Shown here: in pieces, positions 18,490 to 20,000 of the stretch
Position numbering within the stretch: position 1 is the first letter of the stretch
How the letters are laid out: each line of letters begins with the position of its first letter
Virus record (IMG/VR): IMGVR_UViG_3300032093_000098
Direction: 5' to 3' (one strand)
Origin: an uncultured virus (IMG/VR IMGVR_UViG_3300032093_000098)
Lineage: Duplodnaviria; Heunggongvirae; Uroviricota; Caudoviricetes
Length of the DNA stretch: 20,000 bases
The notes under the pieces: model-generated
Seen by the model: only the letters and a program-made list of their open reading frames with translations
The model's database searches: none
What the model was told of the DNA's origin: nothing
Position numbers and translations under genes: made by a program

Positions 18490-19017
18490 TCATACAGGAA
18501 GCGGATATGCTAATTGAATGTCGAGCGGACGATAATCTATTTCGTTATAATTCATTTTTTCATAATTACACTTGCGGCAAAGGCATTGCAAATTATTAAA
18601 ATTTAATTCAAGGTCTGGTCTTTTCGATCTTGGCCTTATGTGATCGACGTGAATCTCTGTTCTTTTTACAAAACACTTCATACAATAACATCCGTATGTT
18701 CTCAGAACTTTTTTCTTTAAAGTTAACCATTTCTCAGTTTGATAAAAATCTTTTGGTTTCTTTACGTCTTTGGGCTTTAATTTTTTTCTTGGGTTTGTGT
18801 AAGGTTTTATATGACTCAACTTGCCTTCCCTATAAAGTTGCAATACCCAATTATTAATATTGACGTTATCAGGTTTAGGATAACCAATAATGTTGCAAAA
18901 CTTCTTTAGTGCAGGTGCTTGTTTGCATATTGGGATATTGTTTTCTTTCAATACCGTTCTCATTCTACGAACACAAGCTCGAAGATGACTCATTTTTACT
19001 GAATGCGCCTTACTCAT
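18490..19017 (-). CDS. HNH endonuclease
   Basis: FYQTEKWLTLK.KVL..YG..CMKC......HVDHIRP.......EL..NNLQCLCRKCN..K; AT-rich coding sequence. Confidence 0.9.
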   Translation of the reverse strand: MSKAHSVKMSHLRACVRRMRTVLKENNIPICKQAPALKKFCNIIGYPKPDNVNINNWVLQLYREGKLSHIKPYTNPRKKLKPKDVKKPKDFYQTEKWLTLKKKVLRTYGCYCMKCFVKRTEIHVDHIRPRSKRPDLELNFNNLQCLCRKCNYEKMNYNEIDYRPLDIQLAYPLPV

Positions 19018-19040
19018 TTTTGATATGTCAATTTTTTGTA
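19014..19040. repeat. Direct repeat copy 2 (27 nt), includes the HNH start codon
   Basis: TCATTTTTGATATGTCAATTTTTTGTA. Confidence 0.85.
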
Positions 19041-19058
19041 CGCTCTTAGTAGTATCCG

Positions 19059-19760
19059 CTATACCAATGGTTTATACTTGTTAGGTAAGTTAGAGTAAAT
19101 TACTCCTTTGTAGAAATAACAAGAAGTATGTTTTACGGGTAGATTCCACCAAGATTCTCTGTGTTTCCAACCTTCTTTTGAGCAAAAAGTAATAAATTCA
19201 GGTTCTGACTTAATTACTTCAAGAAAATCGGTCGAAACGAGTTTTTTTAGAATTGATGATGCAGTTGATCTGCTGCAATTAAAAATCTTGGCGATGGTTT
19301 TACAAGAAACAGACGTGAAAGACCCTTTAAATATTCTCCTTAGCTTTTTTCTGATACTTTTGGATAATGCTTCTTTTGTCGTAATTCTGTAATTGACCTG
19401 ATTAATTTTTGATTTGACTAATTTATATTTGAGTTGAGAGAGAATATCCTGCGATAAATCAATTTTGGTGTAGGTGAGTTTATTTCTTGTTGTTTGAGCA
19501 AGGTATTTTTTACCTTTAAGAAAAACGAGTTCACCTTTTTTTTCAGCCCATCCGAGTTCGATAAATAGGCTGATTAACTTTTTTATTGTGTTTCGGGAAA
19601 GTCCAAGTTTTTGCTCGTGGTATTTTGAGCAGTTTTTGTACTTGTAGATTATCCCGTTTCTAAAAGTTTTCTTGAAGTTGATGAAATGCGCGACGGTTCT
19701 AAGCCTGTTGGCGTTATCCTTTATGAAGAGGAACGGGACTGAGATCGTATCGTGCTTCAT
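19059..19760 (-). CDS. Basic protein with two HTH-like motifs (possible replication/regulatory DNA-binding protein)
   Basis: KLGLSRNTIKKLISLFIELGW and SCKTIAKIFNCSRSTASSILKKLV are both wHTH-like; Lys-rich and AT-rich. Confidence 0.6.
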   Translation of the reverse strand: MKHDTISVPFLFIKDNANRLRTVAHFINFKKTFRNGIIYKYKNCSKYHEQKLGLSRNTIKKLISLFIELGWAEKKGELVFLKGKKYLAQTTRNKLTYTKIDLSQDILSQLKYKLVKSKINQVNYRITTKEALSKSIRKKLRRIFKGSFTSVSCKTIAKIFNCSRSTASSILKKLVSTDFLEVIKSEPEFITFCSKEGWKHRESWWNLPVKHTSCYFYKGVIYSNLPNKYKPLV

Positions 19761-19761
19761 T

Positions 19762-19793
19762 AAACAAAAAAGCCGCAGTGGTGGCTACGGCTT
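19762..19793 (-). terminator. Intrinsic terminator/attenuator immediately before the HTH gene start
   Basis: Minus strand AAGCCGTAG-CCACCA-CTGCGGCTT-TTTTGTTT-A-ATG: a 9-bp stem with one G-U pair and a U tract. Confidence 0.7.
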
Positions 19794-19900
19794 GATTGCT
19801 TTATCGTTTCGGAAGAAGTCTTTTAACTCTTCCTCCACTTATTCACTCCACCAAGTCAATAAGTGTTCGATTGCTATGTAAACATCCTTTACGGAATCAG
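19762..19900 (-). ncRNA. Candidate structured leader RNA / small RNA
   Basis: Bounded by a promoter and a terminator; three hairpins, two of which have complementary loops. Confidence 0.5.
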
Positions 19901-19903
19901 ACA

Positions 19904-19934
19904 CAAAACTAAAACATTTTCTTTTCCGATGCAA
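19904..19934 (-). promoter_or_regulatory. Bacteroidota housekeeping-type promoter
   Basis: Minus strand TTG (19934-19932), 20 nt, then TAGTTTTG (19911-19904). Confidence 0.65.
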
Positions 19935-20000
19935 GTTTTTGTGAAAATATTTTGTTAAAAACCAAACGGCCACTCCTTTCCCTCTTTCTTTCGGGTATTG

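Noticed and set aside
19672..19881. 69-aa + strand ORF
   Set aside because: It is antisense to the HTH gene and its structured leader, with no supporting motif; the region is better explained as minus-strand RNA structure.
1..20000. CRISPR array, tRNA, diversity-generating retroelement or stop-codon reassignment
   Set aside because: No regularly spaced repeats, cloverleaf or reverse transcriptase seen; the fibre repeats differ at synonymous sites rather than specifically at adenines; standard-code ORFs already tile the window densely.

Overview
The window looks like part of a tailed phage genome infecting a Bacteroidota host. The host call rests on several TAnnTTTG (-7) promoter motifs, two of them with a correctly spaced TTG/TTTG (-33) element. 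The + strand arm (1-16519) is a tightly coupled virion/lysis module: a 5'-truncated giant modular ('polyvalent') protein, a ferritin-like gene, a second 1409-aa giant protein, a small membrane protein, a hypothetical protein, a Gly-rich tail-fibre-like protein, a small CxxC protein, an S8 subtilase with a CARDB-like domain, a holin-like membrane protein and a signal-peptide CHAP endolysin. The - strand arm (16523-20000) has two overlapping membrane/coiled-coil genes, a small ORF broken at a poly-A tract, a basic hypothetical protein, a NinG-like nuclease, an HNH nuclease flanked by a 27-nt direct repeat, and an HTH protein behind a structured leader. Highlights: (1) the first giant protein is a string of apparently swappable effector cassettes (HExxH zincin, two ART-like, one SAM-lyase-like) separated by a recurring G-Q-[PA]-S...R linker that also occurs in the second giant protein; (2) a ~140-nt promoter-to-terminator RNA with perfectly complementary hairpin loops; (3) a promoter/terminator-bounded antisense small RNA candidate at ~9090-9160. 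All family assignments come from motif recognition by eye; no searches were run.
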